Source: Salpingoeca rosetta (taxonomy: Eukaryota > Protista > Choanoflagellata). Taken from it: a DNA stretch of 64,000 nucleotides. The stretch's first letter is position 1. Each line of letters opens with the position of its first letter. The position numbers and the translations under genes are program-made. The stretch lies in the NCBI GenBank assembly GCA_033442325.1, contig JAWQFM010000024.1:285436-349435 (forward strand), written 5' to 3'. This document shows, one piece after another, positions 29,749 to 51,500 of the stretch. The notes below the pieces were generated by a model. The model saw only the letters and a program-made list of their open reading frames with translations, was not told the DNA's origin and ran no database searches.

Positions 29749-31126
29749 TGTAGCTATTGGTGCTGCTGTTGCCGTTGCAATGAGAGGTGAGAGGTGAGAG
29801 GGGATTTGAGGAAGGGGGGGGAAGGAATAAGCGAAGGGAGGGCGGGTGGAATGGATGGAAGAGGAGCGTGCGCCCGCGTGTGTGTGTTAAATCGAAGCGC
29901 GTGGGAATGAAGGCGGAGGTGGACGTCCGTGTGCCAAGTGGAGGGATATGATGTTGCAAGGCGAGGTGGCAGCGAAGCAATGGGCCGGGAGGGGGGGGGG
30001 GTGAAGCAAGAGAGAGGGTGAGTGGGCGAAGTAAGAGCCATATGTGAGGATGAGAAAGAGTGATGATGGTGGCATGCAAGACTGGGATGGGTGGGTGAGG
30101 AAATCAAGGGAAGGGGGAGGCTGAACACCAGAGCAGGCGAGGTGCATGTGTGTGTGCGCATATGGGTGTGCGTGTGTGTGGCGGTTCGTGCGCTGAATAC
30201 CATGCAGACACACACACACATGCACACAGATGAGGAAGCGCAGTGGGTAACGTGCAGGCAAGAGGGCACTCACGAAGGCAGGATGCCGGGGTGGGCTGGT
30301 ATTGGTTGGTGTAGCAGGGGGCTTGTGGAAGGGAGGTGGTCTCGAGGTGGGTTGCATGGGAAATGTGCGGTGGCGAGAGCCTGTGTTCAAGTAGCGGAAA
30401 GCGGAAGCACATGCGAGGGGGGGGGGAGGGCAGCCGAGAGAACAAACGCAGGAGGAAGAATAAAGGAGAGCGGTTGTGGAGGAGGAGGAGGTGTTGTGTG
30501 ATGCAGTGCAATGGGTGCGCGCGTACACAGGTGTGTGTGTGTGCGCGCGGTTGAAAAAGAGCGGTTGGTGGAATCAAGGTGGAGATGCAACAAGTGTGTG
30601 CGTGTGTGGGAGCGGGGGGTGGAGGTAAGAGACGGGTGAAGGCAGCACGCAGAACGAAGAACGCAAGGGGGAGAGGAGGAGAGCGTTTGGGTGTGAGCAG
30701 GTGGGTGCGTGTTAAAATGGGTGGGGATATGTGTGTGCGTGTAGGCGCTTGCATGCATCGTAGGTAGGGTGTGCGTAGGTAGGCTGTTCGTGAAACACCC
30801 AATACACGCGTGTTTCGCCAAGGGGTTTGGGCACGAAAGCGATGGAACGGAAGGGAGAGAGAGCAGGGAAGGAGGGCAGGAGAGAGAAGGAGAGAGAAGG
30901 AGGGAAGAAGGAGAGAGAAGGAAGATGCAAGGGAAGAAGCCAACCAGCCGCCCTCAGACGGGATACAAACACTCGGCGGCACGCACGCGCCCAGCCAAGA
31001 ATAGTAACGGCAAACACACACGCTTGCTTGCGTGCTGTTGGCGTGGCTTGCGTGCGCGTGCGCGTGTGTGTATGTGCGTGCGTGCGTGTATGTGTTACGT
31101 GATGTGTTGGATGTGTGTGTGTATGA

Positions 31127-31161
<35 letters not shown>

Positions 31162-34005
31162 AAACACGAACACAACACCAAACACAAACACGGAAAAGCA
31201 AACAAAGAGAGAAGGGAGAAAGAAGGGCGCACAAGGGCTGTGCTGCTGTGGTGCTGTGGCGGCGCAGTGCTGGGTGCAACACACAGAACACACATGAAAG
31301 AGCACACGAGCCCATCTCTGCCTCCTCTCCCGAAACGAATGCAAGGGGAGCGGAAGGAGAAAAAAAAAAGAGAGGCAAAACACAAACAAACCAACATGCA
31401 CATGAAATTGGTTACGTGCCTGTGTGAGTTGCGTGCTGCTGCTGGGTGGTCCATGTTTAGGTCTTCTTGATTTGGGGGAGGTTGTGCTCGTGGGAGAAGG
31501 TGAAGTTGGGCGATGACAGGCGAATGCGACAAAGGCCAACTGCCTCGGCACAACGCGGCGTATTGTTCGCCCGCCACGTGTGTGCGTGTGTGGCTGTCTG
31601 TGTGGCTGCGGGTGTCCTGCGCTGAGCTTGATATGGGGGACGACGGAACAACGGCTGGGACAAGGGGAGGCTGTTGAGAAGCGGCTCAAGGGCTCAGCTG
31701 ATGTGTGCAGTCCAATGGGGAATGAAATGGGGAAAGGGAAAATGACAAACGCCAGGGTTGCGTGGGGTTGTTGACGTTGAAGCTTTTGTCGAGCTGTGGT
31801 AGAGAGCTGCTGCTGCTGCTGCTGCTGTGGATCGACGGAAGGAAAGAGCCGATTTGATGCGGTCTTGGTCGGGCTGCTCTTGCTATTGTTGCGGTCGCTC
31901 GTAATCTCTGCTCCAGGGTCGGTTTGTTTGGGTTTCGACAGGGAATGGGGGGGGGGGGTTGTCGATGTTGTCTCTGTGTATGTGTGCGTATGTGTGCGTA
32001 TGTGTGTGTGTGTGTGTGTGTGTGTGATCGGATCAGCTGATTAACTGAGGCGAGGGGTGAGCGTGTGCCCTGCTTGCTTGCTTGTTTGCTTGCTGTCGTG
32101 ACTGATGGCGTGCAGATGTGTGCTGCAATGTAGCGAGGTCGGGAGGGCGGAGACGGGGGTGTTGTCGCGATCGGAAAGTGCGGGAAAATGACCACGACTG
32201 GGATCGACGTTTGGTACAACCTGCTGCAGGTTCACGAGCACGAGCTTGGGGGTGTCGTCGAGCTTGCTTGCGCGTTGTTGTGGGTTGTGGAAGTGCTGCC
32301 AAATGCGTGATGATGGGCAAAGAAGCAAACAAACATCAACGGGCACAGGCACAGAAGCAAAAAAAGGCGAGCAAGCAAGCCGAAGAGAACAAGGGGAAGT
32401 TTCGGCTGCCTTCGTGTTCACGAAACACAAGCAACCAACGCCGACGCAAGCACACATGCAAGAAGTCGTCATCAATGCACTTGCCCTGCACAACAGCACA
32501 AAGCATGTCAGCAACCCCACATCAACAAAACAAAACAAACCTTGCTTGCCTGCTTGCTTGCTTTCACTTCACCCGACTGGTGGGGTTGCTTGCTTTACTC
32601 GCATGCATTGCTCAACCGTTCAACCATTGCACCACCCTTCATGATGACAGCCAGGCAGGTAGGCAGGTAGGCAGGCAGGCAGGCAGGTGGCGATAGCGCC
32701 AGAAAGCGCATGCAGGTATGCTGTGAGCATGCAATCTGCGTATGCCCCTTTTATCTGGCTGCTCTGGCTTCTTTGGCGTTTTGCTGTGGTGGTTGTGTCG
32801 TGCGTCAGTCACGTCATGCAAGTCCCTTGGTTGTTTGCTGTTGTGTTTGCTGTTGCGTTGCTGTTGTGTTTGCTGTTGTGTTTGCTGTGTTTACATTGTT
32901 CCAGCGTGAGCAACGTGCGGAGGTGCAAGCAATCGTGGATGACGTGTGGGCATATAGCCTGGGTCGCGAGGACAACTCGTGGTTCTGCCTGCCTGTTTGT
33001 CTGTTATTGCACGATTGTTGTGTGCATGACGCAACGCGGTAGTACCAATACATTTTGTGCTGTTGCAAGCAGCTACCATTTGTCCTCTGTGCTGCTGGCA
33101 CGCAAGCAAGCAGACAGGTCTGCACCGTCCGTGGTTGCCTTTTGTTTGGTTGTTTTGGTTGTTTGCTAGTCAAGCGCTGGTGCCTCCCGCCTCTTACCCT
33201 CCCTTCCTCGACAACGGAGTCACTGACGCCAATCCCGCCCAGTTTCATTTCAATCGAGGTACACGCGTGCGCAGTGGCGCTTTGTTTGATTGTTTGGTTC
33301 GTGTGTCTGTTTGTTGTTTGTTCGAGCAGTGTTGTGTAGTGTGTTGTGGCCCGTGTTGCTGGTTGTGGCCCGTGTTGCTGGTCCACACGGCATTCACTGA
33401 TGACCACCAGCAAGGCGGGCGCAATCTGGCTGTGAATGTTGTGACGACCGCTGGTGAAGCTGCCAACTCCTCCAAGAAGGAAGTGCGGTGGCCACTGTCC
33501 ACTTCCCGCCGAAGGCTCCCTGGACTCTTGGTTGATTTGTGTTGTTCAATTTGAGACGTTAGGTGGCTGGACAAAGAACATCACCCACCCTTTACAAACA
33601 AACACCCTTTGCATGCACAAGCACACACATATGTGTACGCACGCACACGCGCACTTCCTCAGCAACCAATCCTAGCTTGCGGGGCAGTGTTTTTTTTTTT
33701 CGCCCACCCATCATCACAACGCAATCAGCCTCGATCGTACATCAAGCCCACACTCGACCTACACCCCTCCACACACATTTGTGCATACACACACACACAC
33801 ACACACTTGTACTCACTCGCTCACCTATTCACACACACACACACACACGCACACACACACACATACACACACAAACACACACACGCACAAACACCCACAT
33901 ACACCCACATACACCCACATACATACTCTCTCCCTTTGTTTTGTTTGGCCTCAGCAGTGCTTGCAGCAGGAGCTGCGTTGCTCCCCCCCCGCAATACGTA
34001 TCAAA

Positions 34006-38117
<4,112 letters not shown>

Positions 38118-38347
38118 TGCGGTGTGTGAAGCTGTGGTGGTGTGCGTGTGTGTATCTGTGTGTGTGTATCTGTGGTTGTGTCATTTGGAGATGCGTGTGT
38201 GTCGTTTTGCACGTCCTCGTTGGCTTCCTGCACCGTTGTGCCCTCGTTGACGACTTTATCACTGCTTTTCCCCAAGTGAGTGCATTTGCACGGCGGTTCA
38301 ATTAAAGTTACAAGCAACACAAGCAATCCACTCGAGAATGTCAGTCG

Positions 38348-38457
<110 letters not shown>

Positions 38458-38465
38458 TGTTTGTG

Positions 38466-41567
<3,102 letters not shown>

Positions 41568-41577
41568 CTTGGGTTTG

Positions 41578-41608
41578 GCGGCGGGAAGTACGGAAATTTA
41601 CGCGAAAA
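41578..41608 (-). promoter_or_regulatory. E2F-like sites immediately upstream of the ORC5 ATG
   Basis: The minus strand reads gTTTTCGCGtaaatttccgtacTTCCCGCCgccaaacccaagATG. Confidence 0.45.
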
Positions 41609-41672
41609 CTTTATACAACATTCAGCACCGTGGTGTGCGTGTGAGTGTGAGTGAGTGTGTGTGTGTGTGTGA

Positions 41673-41719
<47 letters not shown>

Positions 41720-41759
41720 TGTGTGTGTGTGTGTGTGTCGCAAAGGCACCGAATGGCGT

Positions 41760-42919
41760 TCAAAGGATCACTGGCGGGTTTGGATCAAGTCCCCATTTGA
41801 GGCTGCGCAAAAACCAGAAGCAAGGTGGAGGTGGTGTGTGTGTGCGTGTGAGCTTGAGAGGCAGGGAGACACACACACACACACACAGACACACAGACAC
41901 ACACACACACACACACACAGACACACAAACAGACACACACAGAGACACACGAGACAGGCCAAGTGACGTACGGGTAGCCGGCTTCGACGAGGGCCTGGCG
42001 TAGCTCCTCGGCGTGTGCCCGTGATCGCGTCTCCACAACGCACTTGATCTGCACCGACATCACGTCGCTCTCCTGCCACGCGCGCTCGTGGTGGATGTCC
42101 TTCACACTCGCGCCAACGCGTGCAATGAGCGTGGTCAGCTGGGCAATGCCACCCGGCCTGTCTGAGACGGAGACGACGAAGCGAACGAGACGGCCATCGG
42201 CAGCGAGACCGCGTTCAATGACGCGCCCAATCACAGGCAGGTCGATATTGCCGCCGCACAGCAGGCACACCACCTTTTTCCCCTGCACGCGTTGGTATGG
42301 GGTCGACGCGGGGTTGACGTGGTTTGGTGTGGCGTTGCGTGGATGGGAGGGCAGCGAGGTGGCGAAGGCGGGGGGGGGGAGAGGGAGGGAGCAACACAAC
42401 CAGCAACATCATGGAGCAATGAGGTGAGTCAAAGTGAAGCGAGCAAAACAGGTGTGTGTGTGTGTGTTTGTTTGTTTGTGTGTATGTGTGTGTGTTTGGC
42501 AGTCGAGCGTGTTTGCATCGCCAGCACTGACAGCAACCTGTACCACGTGTCCCAACCATCGTTTGGCCACCACACTCATGTCCCTCCCGCCCCCCCCCAC
42601 CACTATCATGTCCAACACTTCCCCCACCCCACTCCCTTCCCCCCCATGGTGGCTGCAGCTGGCACCTTGAGTTCTGGGAGGTAGTTTGCAAGGAGAGCAG
42701 CGAGGCCACAGGCGCCAGAACCCTCAACAATCGCTGATGGTGGGCGGTAGTTTGGGAACGAAGCGGCGGGGTGTGTGGGATGTGGGATGTGAAGGAATAA
42801 TGATGCAGTGCAGAGATGGGATGGGCAGGGCTGGTGCGGGGAGTGTTGAGAGGAAGGCGAGTTGCTTGCAAGCAAGATGATCACCCGCACGCAAAAACAT
42901 GACGCATGTGACACGTGCA

Positions 42920-42982
<63 letters not shown>

Positions 42983-43621
42983 CCTTTTTCCATCTCGAGA
43001 AGACGGAGGACAGCAATGGCAACATCCTTCTCCCTGCAGGAAAAAAGCACAGGCGGGATGTGAGCACTTGAATCCAGTGGGCATTCGAGGCGGCATTGAA
43101 GAGCACACACACACAAACAAACAAACAAACAAACAAACAAACAAACACACACACACACACATTCAAACAAACAAACAAACAAACAAACAAACAAACACAC
43201 ACACACACACATTCAAACAAACACAAATACAAACACAAAAAATTACGAACCTGACTTGGATCATCTTGTTTACGCGGCTGCGGGCGACGTGGAAGGCGGT
43301 GGCGCCAACAGTCGGCACAGCCAGACCATCAGCCAGTGTCGACGTCACCTGATGCACACATGTCAGCAGCGCACGCGTGTGAGTGAGTGTGTATGCAAAA
43401 CGGCCGTGTGTACATCTTCCCTTCATGGCGCCCGAGCACACGTCAATGCAGGCTTTGCTTGCAGGCAAGAGAGTAGCCTGACCTCGACGGGGACGGGGTG
43501 ACCGGCCTTCATGGCCTCCGAGAAGCTGGGGCAGGCCACAGATTCCACACCAATGATCTAAACATTTTGTTCGTTTGTGTGTGTGTGTGTGTTGTGTTGT
43601 GTTGTGTTGTGTTGTGTTGTG

Positions 43622-43670
<49 letters not shown>

Positions 43671-44438
43671 GGAAGCGGCGCGGTTAGGGTTTGTCCACGC
43701 GCACATATGACAGAGGCAACAATCGCAAACACCCGCGAAGACTCTCGCTCATGCATATGCATACGCACATCACACAAAACACTACCACACCCATAGCACC
43801 ACCGTTCATCACCGCTCATCACCACCACCATTACCTGCACGTTCTTCTGGATGGTCTTGACGGCGAGAGAGACGCCAGCAATGAGACCACCACCGCCAAC
43901 GGGAACAATGATGGCGTCTACATCGGGCACCTGCTCCAGAATCTCCAGGCCAGCCGTACCCTGACCGGCAATGATGGCCGCGTCGTTGTAACCGTTGATG
44001 TACTGCAGCCCTTGCTTCTCTGCTATCTCCTTTGCCACGACCATGGACTCTCCAATGTGCGCGCCAGAGATGATCACGTTTGCGCCAAAGGACCGGCAGT
44101 TCTCCACTTTGGTGAGCGGCGCAAACACGGGCATGACCAGCGTCACGGGGATGCCCAGGTCCTGCCCGTGGTATGCCAGGCCCAGCGCGTGGTTGCCGGC
44201 CGACGCAGCGATGACCCCTTTCTCCCGCTGCGCGGCCGAGAGGAGTTTGAGGGCGTTGCGGGCGCCGCGCTCCTTGAAGCTGCCCGTGCGCAGCTGATAC
44301 TCGCGCTTGAAGTACAGCTCCATCTCCGTCATCGCCGAAAGGTTGTGGCTCAGCTCGCACGCTGTCACCTGTACGCCATCCATAATGCGATACTGCAACC
44401 AGAACCCGTGCATGTGTGTGTATGTGTGTGCAAGTGTA

Positions 44439-44510
<72 letters not shown>

Positions 44511-44698
44511 CAAGTGTGAGCAATGGCGATCGCAACGCAAACGAGAAGACATGTGGCAGGACACGACCTAAACGCCATGCATAGCCCCCCAAAATACGCA
44601 CACACAAACTCACACAACCTATACGTATGCACGTATGTACGTACGCACACAAACATACAAACACATACACATACATACACATGCACACATAAACACAA

Positions 44699-44768
<70 letters not shown>

Positions 44769-45037
44769 GCACGCACCTTGGCGCGGCTGACGTCCTCAAA
44801 GGAGACTTCTTCGTGGGAGACGCTTGCGTGAGTGCTCCTGGCCACGCTGGCCTGCTCCTCCGCTGGCGTGGCGTCGATGATGGGGTATTCCAGTGGGCCC
44901 TCGCTCGATGCGCGTTCGCGGTGGCGAGCGTGGGCATCGCGCACATCGTTCGTCCTGCCGCCGTTTGCCCTTGGCAGAGCCGATGCTTTGCCCTTTGCAG
45001 GGCTTTCTTTGGCTGACGTCGTGCCGTTGCTGCTCAT
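41760..45037 (-). CDS. L-threonine ammonia-lyase (threonine/serine dehydratase, PLP-dependent, C-terminal ACT domain)
   Basis: PLP-lysine motif TGSFKERGA; ASAGNHA; GQGTAGLEI; VPVGGGGLIAG; TLADGLAVP; LCGGNID; ACT domain VSDRPGGIAQL. Last exon ...GYP|LKWGLDPNPPVIL*. Confidence 0.93.
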
Positions 45038-46033
45038 GGCCTTTGTGTGTATGTGTGTGTGCAGAGAAGGAGAGAGAACGCGAGCGTGTGCTTCTATGAG
45101 TGAAGAGAGAGTGAAGAGGGTGTGAAGAGAGCGTGTGGGGATACTGATGCGAGGCAGGCGAAGGTGGTCGTGGATTGTGTGTGGATCGCGCTTGCTGCGT
45201 TGTTGTGGGAAAGGCCACCTTGTGGTTTTTTGTTTTGTTGCGACACAACACCTCGTTGCGCAATAGACTGAATTCAGTCACAATTGTAGTAAAACAGGTC
45301 AAACTTGCCTTTTTCGGGGTGTCGAAGGTTGGCAACCCCGCATTTCGCAGCGCAACGCACAAACACCAAACACAGCAAGCACAACCCACACCGCCTGACA
45401 TTCACGCACACAACAAACGACGACGCTGACGATCCAACCACTCCTCTTCCTTCCACTGTCAGGTTGGGTGGTTGTGTGCTTCGAAGCTTTGCTGCTGCGC
45501 TCGAGGCAGCACACACGTCGTCCAGCAGAGTAAGGAGAAGAAGGCACCGCGTGAGGAAAGAGAGGGGATTGTTGTCAACCCTTCAAGACTCATCTGCCCA
45601 TCCATATCCAGTCAAAGCCGCGCTCCCTTGTTTTGTTGTTGGTAGTGGTGGTGAGTTTTCGCTTTGCTTCTGTGTGTGTGTGTGTGTGTGTGTGTGTCTG
45701 TGTGTGTGTGTGTTTGATCGGCTATTGTAGGTGTGTGTGTGTGTCTTGTGAGGTATCGTCGTTACGGTGCTCGCTTTCATGAGCATGCATGCATTGTAAG
45801 TGTGTGTGTGCGTGCGTGCGTGTGCGTGCGTGTGCGTACAAGGGCCCACCTCTCACACAATACACGCATATGCATGCACACAAACAAACAAACAAACAAA
45901 CAAACAAACAAACAAACAAACAAACAAACAAACAAACACGCACGCGCGCACATACAATAGCCTTTTTACGACCTTCCGCACCTGTGATCGTTTTGTCGCG
46001 GCAAGTAGTATTTAGTTGCCTGGCTGTTGTGGC

Positions 46034-46603
46034 ATGAGCAACACGGACCGGCGGGCGCCGGTGCACCGCACTCGCCTCCATGGTCTCATCAGCGTGAGCC
46101 GCCTCAGCACAGCCGACACATCCCAGGAACGCCCAAAGTCGGCCGAGTATGGCGTGCTTCGAGGTGAGAAAGTAACTGCCCCTCGCCCCCCTGGTGGATA
46201 CGTTCGTCTGTTGCTGTTGTTCTGTGTCCCCGTCGCACAGTTTTCGGTCTCTTCTTCCTCCTCATCATCACCCTCACAGCTCCATGCTCCTCCTCATCCC
46301 GCCCCGCTCTGAATCTCTTGCCCCGTCTGTACCCCGCGCGCGTCACCAGTCGACAACCAAGGCCCCGGCAGCTACCACCTGTCTCCGATGGTGCTCCGGC
46401 GCCACGCGCTCGCACAACAGCAACTGGAGCACCAGCGCGTGCGCAAGACCTTGCAGCAGCTCAAAGTGCACAGCCAGTCCATGAGCAATCTCCTCGGGTG
46501 CGTGGCGTGCGTTCGTGGCTGTGTGTGTGTGTGTGCGTGTGTGTGTGTGTGTGCGTGTGTGTGTTTGTGTGCGTGTGCGTGTGTGTGTGCGTGCGTGCGT
46601 GTG

Positions 46604-46643
<40 letters not shown>

Positions 46644-47077
46644 TGTGTGTGTAGCAACAAACACACCGCAGACAAAAGTGTGCTGATTGGCATCGTTATG
46701 TGCTCGATGCGAGGATCATACGGGATGTGTGTGTATGCCAATCGCAAATTGGGCGAGCGTGCGTGTGTACATGTGTGCGTGCATATAAAGATTATGCGAA
46801 AGCAAGTGATGTGCCTTGTTCGCGGAGCCGTAAACGTGACTGTTGAAAGCACGTACAAACACTTAGACAATAGGTAATATGTAGACTGGAGATATTTTAG
46901 ATGTAGTGAAGAGCGGTAGCCATGTACATCGGACAATCCACAAGCAAATACATCTNNNNNNNNNNNNNNNNNNNNNNNNNNNNNNNNNNNNNNNNNNNNN
47001 NNNNNNNNNNNNNNNNNNNNNNNNNNNNNNNNNNNNNNNNNNNNNNNNNNNNNNNTGTGTGTGTGTATGTGTATGTG

Positions 47078-47122
<45 letters not shown>

Positions 47123-47358
47123 CGCGTGTGTGTTACCTCGCGGACATAGCCTGAACTCGTTCCGCCCACCACACACACACACACACACACACATACATGC
47201 ATGCACCCGTCACTGACAACAGGAAACCAACGGACATGACGCAGCGACACATGCTGCTGACGCGCCAGTCCAGGCCGCGCTCCCGAAGCGTTGACAGGTG
47301 TGACCAACAAACATGGCAGCGTGTACCGTGGACCGTGTGTGTGTGTGTGTGTGTGTGT

Positions 47359-47412
<54 letters not shown>

Positions 47413-48520
47413 GTGTGTGGGTGGTGGTTGCGATCAAATGAGTTTCGTTTCGTACGTGCTTGGTGATGGGACATATGATCTTTACGGCTGCCCCCTCATC
47501 GCTTCACGATGCTTGCAGGCACTCTCGTTCGCCCCGCACCACCTCCCGGCTGAACGATGATGCAAATGGTGAGATGGTTGTAGTATTGCCACGTCCCCCG
47601 CCTTTCTTTGCGCCCTTGAACTCCTTTCCATTCCAACAACTTCTTTGCGTGAACTAACCCCTACCTGTCTACTCATCACCCACCCTCCACCGGGAACAGC
47701 CAACCCATCCTGCCATCCTTCTCACACACATATGCACACTCGCTCTCTCTTACTCTCACCTTCATCCCATCCCTCTCCCCTCCCCTCCAAATCCGTACAG
47801 GCGTCCCTGGCCTCATGTACCCATCTGCCCTGCACCCGCGACGGGGCTCACTGCTCGGTCCCTCGACGACAACGGCGCGCCGCTCATATCCGCCTCCGCA
47901 CACGCCAGACACGTTCATGCTGGCAGCACAGGGCCACCGCGGGTCGAGCGACGGCGCAATGCCGCCCATCGCAGGCGACCGCGGCCAGCGCTACACGCGA
48001 TACAGGTGAGGCTGGTGGTGGAGGTGGTGGTGGTGGTGGTGGTGGTGGAGGAGGAGGGTTAGTGGTGGTGTGAAGGGGAAAGAAGGGGACACAGCGGCGG
48101 TGATTGCCTTTGCTTTTTTCGTGCTCAATAGAGTAGTCAAGCTGAATTGCCTCCTGCCACTGCCACCGCCACTCACGCCCAACCACCGTTGCAACCGTCA
48201 CGACCACCGCCATCAGCCCCTCTGTTGGGGATCCGGACGCGCCATCCCACCGCAGCAGCACGCAGGCCGTCTCGCTCCCATCGCTCTTCCGCAACGCAAC
48301 AACAGAGACCCTGCAGTCCACAGCGGGCGGCGACGGTGCTGGCACCAGTGGTGACCGCGCCCAGCCGAGCGATGTGCACGCGCGTGGTGGAGGCACTCGC
48401 CACCGCAGCAGCATCGACCAGTTTCTGATGGACCCAATGTCCGGTAGCCACCACATGCAGGACGCCGAGTTTCGTCATGCCATGCGCCTCACACCATTCA
48501 ACATCAAGGAGCTTTTGCTC

Positions 48521-48577
<57 letters not shown>

Positions 48578-51500
48578 TTGTGTGTGTGCATGATTGTGTG
48601 CTTTGTGTGTGTGTGGATGCGTGTGCGTGTGCGCGTGAATATCGCACATACATTTGTGAAGGTGTATATGCCAGTGTGTGTGTGCGTCGTACATCATTCT
48701 CCGTGTGCACACAACATGTCACAATGCAACGTCGCATGCTCACCTGCTCTCTGTTCACACACACACACACACACACACACACGCCCGGGAACTGCCAGAA
48801 AATGAACATTCCCCCCAACATCGCCGCGATGGACGACGACGAAGCAGAGAACGCAGACTTTATGAACTTTGTCGTCAGCCTGGCAATACACGGGTGGGTC
48901 GCAGATGCAACCATCATCATGATTGTTGCCTGATGTCGCAGCTCCTCACTCAATGACACTCTCGGGGGATTTGCGTTCGACCAACACATGCATGTTGATA
49001 TATGTGGGTGCATGCGCGCATATTAACACGTGCTTGTGCATATTGATGCGTTCCTGCATGTACATGCGTGTGTGCACACGTGTGTACATGTGTGTGTTGC
49101 ATGTGTGTGCGTGTACATGTACATGTGTGTGCGTGCAGGCGGCGTCTGATGATGACGCGCGACGACAGAAAACACAATCTCGGGCCCCACGAGCGCAAAC
49201 ACTCACCGGTACAGTGGCGGTTATGGCCGAAAGATGGGGTTGTGGTAGTGCTGTGTGTGTGTGTGTGTGTGCTGTGTACATTTCCACAGGTGTGTACGTC
49301 TGCTAGTTGACGTGGGCACAACAGCGGGCCAAACATCATCACTCACAGCCTCTGTATCGACACACATGCACACGCACACGCAAAACACACACACACATGC
49401 ACACATTCACACGCACACACATTCATGCACACACATTCACACACGCACACATTCACACACATATGCATTCAACGCACTGTGGTGTGAGCAGAAGGCGCGC
49501 CCTGATCGGCAGACGTGCAAGTTCTGCGTTGCCATCCGCGTGGGCGGCGGGTATGTGTTTGTTGGATTTGCAGACGAGGAAGGCCGCTGTATTGGGTGTG
49601 GTCGCTTCCTTGACTTTGACCTGAGCGACCCAACGCAGGCGTCCATGGTCAACTGGGCTGTGCAGTTTGCACGCCACCGCCGCCGCATGAAGGGAAAGGG
49701 TGGACGGAAGGGTCAAGGTGGTGGCGCCAACGGTGGGGATGGCGTTGATGACGATGATGATGGTGGCGGCAGGAGGAAGGGTCGCCGTGGCGGTATCGGT
49801 GGGGATGGGGGCGATGGTGATGACGAGCAAGCACGCCTCGCCAAAGAACGACAGCTCGCATGGGCTTCAAGGTGAGATGGGATGGGCACACGTGTGTGTG
49901 TGTGTGTGGTTTTCGTGGTGGCTACTGAAGCTGATGCATTGATGTACAAGACTCATTCACCCACACTCACAAACACACAAACACACACTCACACACTCTC
50001 TCATTCCCTTACACACACATACACCCCCGCCCCTCCTCCGCGCAATGGACAGGCAAGCCACGCGTGCCGGCAACCGTGACGGCGACGGATTTGATGGGCG
50101 CGGCGACCATGGTTACAACAGCGGCGCATACGGCAGCGGCGGTCGTGGTGCACACGGTGACATCGGTGGTGGTGATGGTGATGGTGATGGTGATGGTGAT
50201 GGTGGGCGGAACGGGCGTGCTGACGGACTGTACGGAGGGGGTGGTGACGGCTCACTGGGGTCCGGTAGCGATGGCCGTGGTGGTGTTGGCGGTGATGGGT
50301 TTGGTGGTGGTGGTGGTGGTGGCTTGTGGGGTGATGGCCACGGTGGTGGTGGTATTGGGGACAGCCTGGGTCGTGGTGGTGGCGGTGTGAATGGGTTTGG
50401 TGGTGCTGGCACGAACGGCGACGGGTCGGGAACCGACAACATCAGCGGTGGTGGGTTTGGTGATGATGATGATGATGGTAACGGTATGGGTGGCGGTGGT
50501 CGACGTGGCAGTCGCGCTGCACGCAGGAGCGTGACGTTTGAAAACGACGCATTCGCTGGCATCAATGGCGATGGAAGCGGTGGTGGTGATGGCGGTCCCG
50601 GCAACGACGGTACCGGCGGCCGCGGTGGCAGTGGTGGTGATGGTAGCGGTGATGGTCACAGTGGTGATGATGGCAGCGGTGACGAGGAAGGCGATGAGCT
50701 CGTTGACCTGAGCACCGGTAGGCACGTTGCCGCCAAGACGTCGTCATCAACCGCTGCGAAGAAGCCGCGCGGGAGTCTCAGCAAAGCGCGGCGCAAGAGC
50801 ACCCGTCGCAAGCTGCGTGTCGGTGATGGCGACGATGACGATGATGACGATGGCGCCGGCGAGAGGTCGCGGCGTGCGAGCATGGCCCTCTCGGAGGCGC
50901 TCTCGGAGGCGCAGAAGGTTGGTGGTGGTGGTGGTGCTGGTGGTGATGATGGTGGTGGTGGTGGCTCGGTTTGTTTGTTTGTTTGTTTGTTTGTTTGTTT
51001 GCTTGTTTGTTTGCTTGTTTGCTTGTTTGTTTGTTTGCTTGCTTGTTTGTTTGCTTGTTTGTTTGCTTGTTTGTTTGTTTGCTTGTTTGTTTGTTTGTTT
51101 GTTTGTTTGTGTCTGGATGGGTGGACCATTGCACCGCTCACGTTTGTGTGGGTTTCACCACCATCGTTTACAGTCTGCGCGCAAGAAGCGCCACAAAATG
51201 CCGCCACAGGTCCACGCCGATCCTTCCGGCGCAGCGTTAGTAGTTGCACACACGCGCGCGGGGAGGGAGATAGAGAGAGTGTGTGTGTGTTTGTGTGTGT
51301 GTCTGTGTGTGTGTGTGTGTCTGTGTCTGTGTCTGTGTCTCACACACATATTTGTTGACACAGACGCGTGCACGTGTGATTTTGCTTTTCTTGTGCTGTT
51401 TTTTTCCTGTCAACATCACGCGTACTTGTTATCATATTAACACTTACACATGTGTTTCTATGCTGTGCACTTTTGTCCTTTGCCCGCTGTATTGCGCCTG

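Noticed and set aside
31095-31577. Minus-strand ORF as the first exon of the GATA gene
   Set aside because: An ATG and a weak donor exist, but I could not support a join to the 29748 acceptor without transcript data.
46680-46955. Compositionally odd, AT-richer segment that could be foreign DNA
   Set aside because: It abuts an assembly gap and has no ORF or element ends; likely low-quality contig-end sequence.
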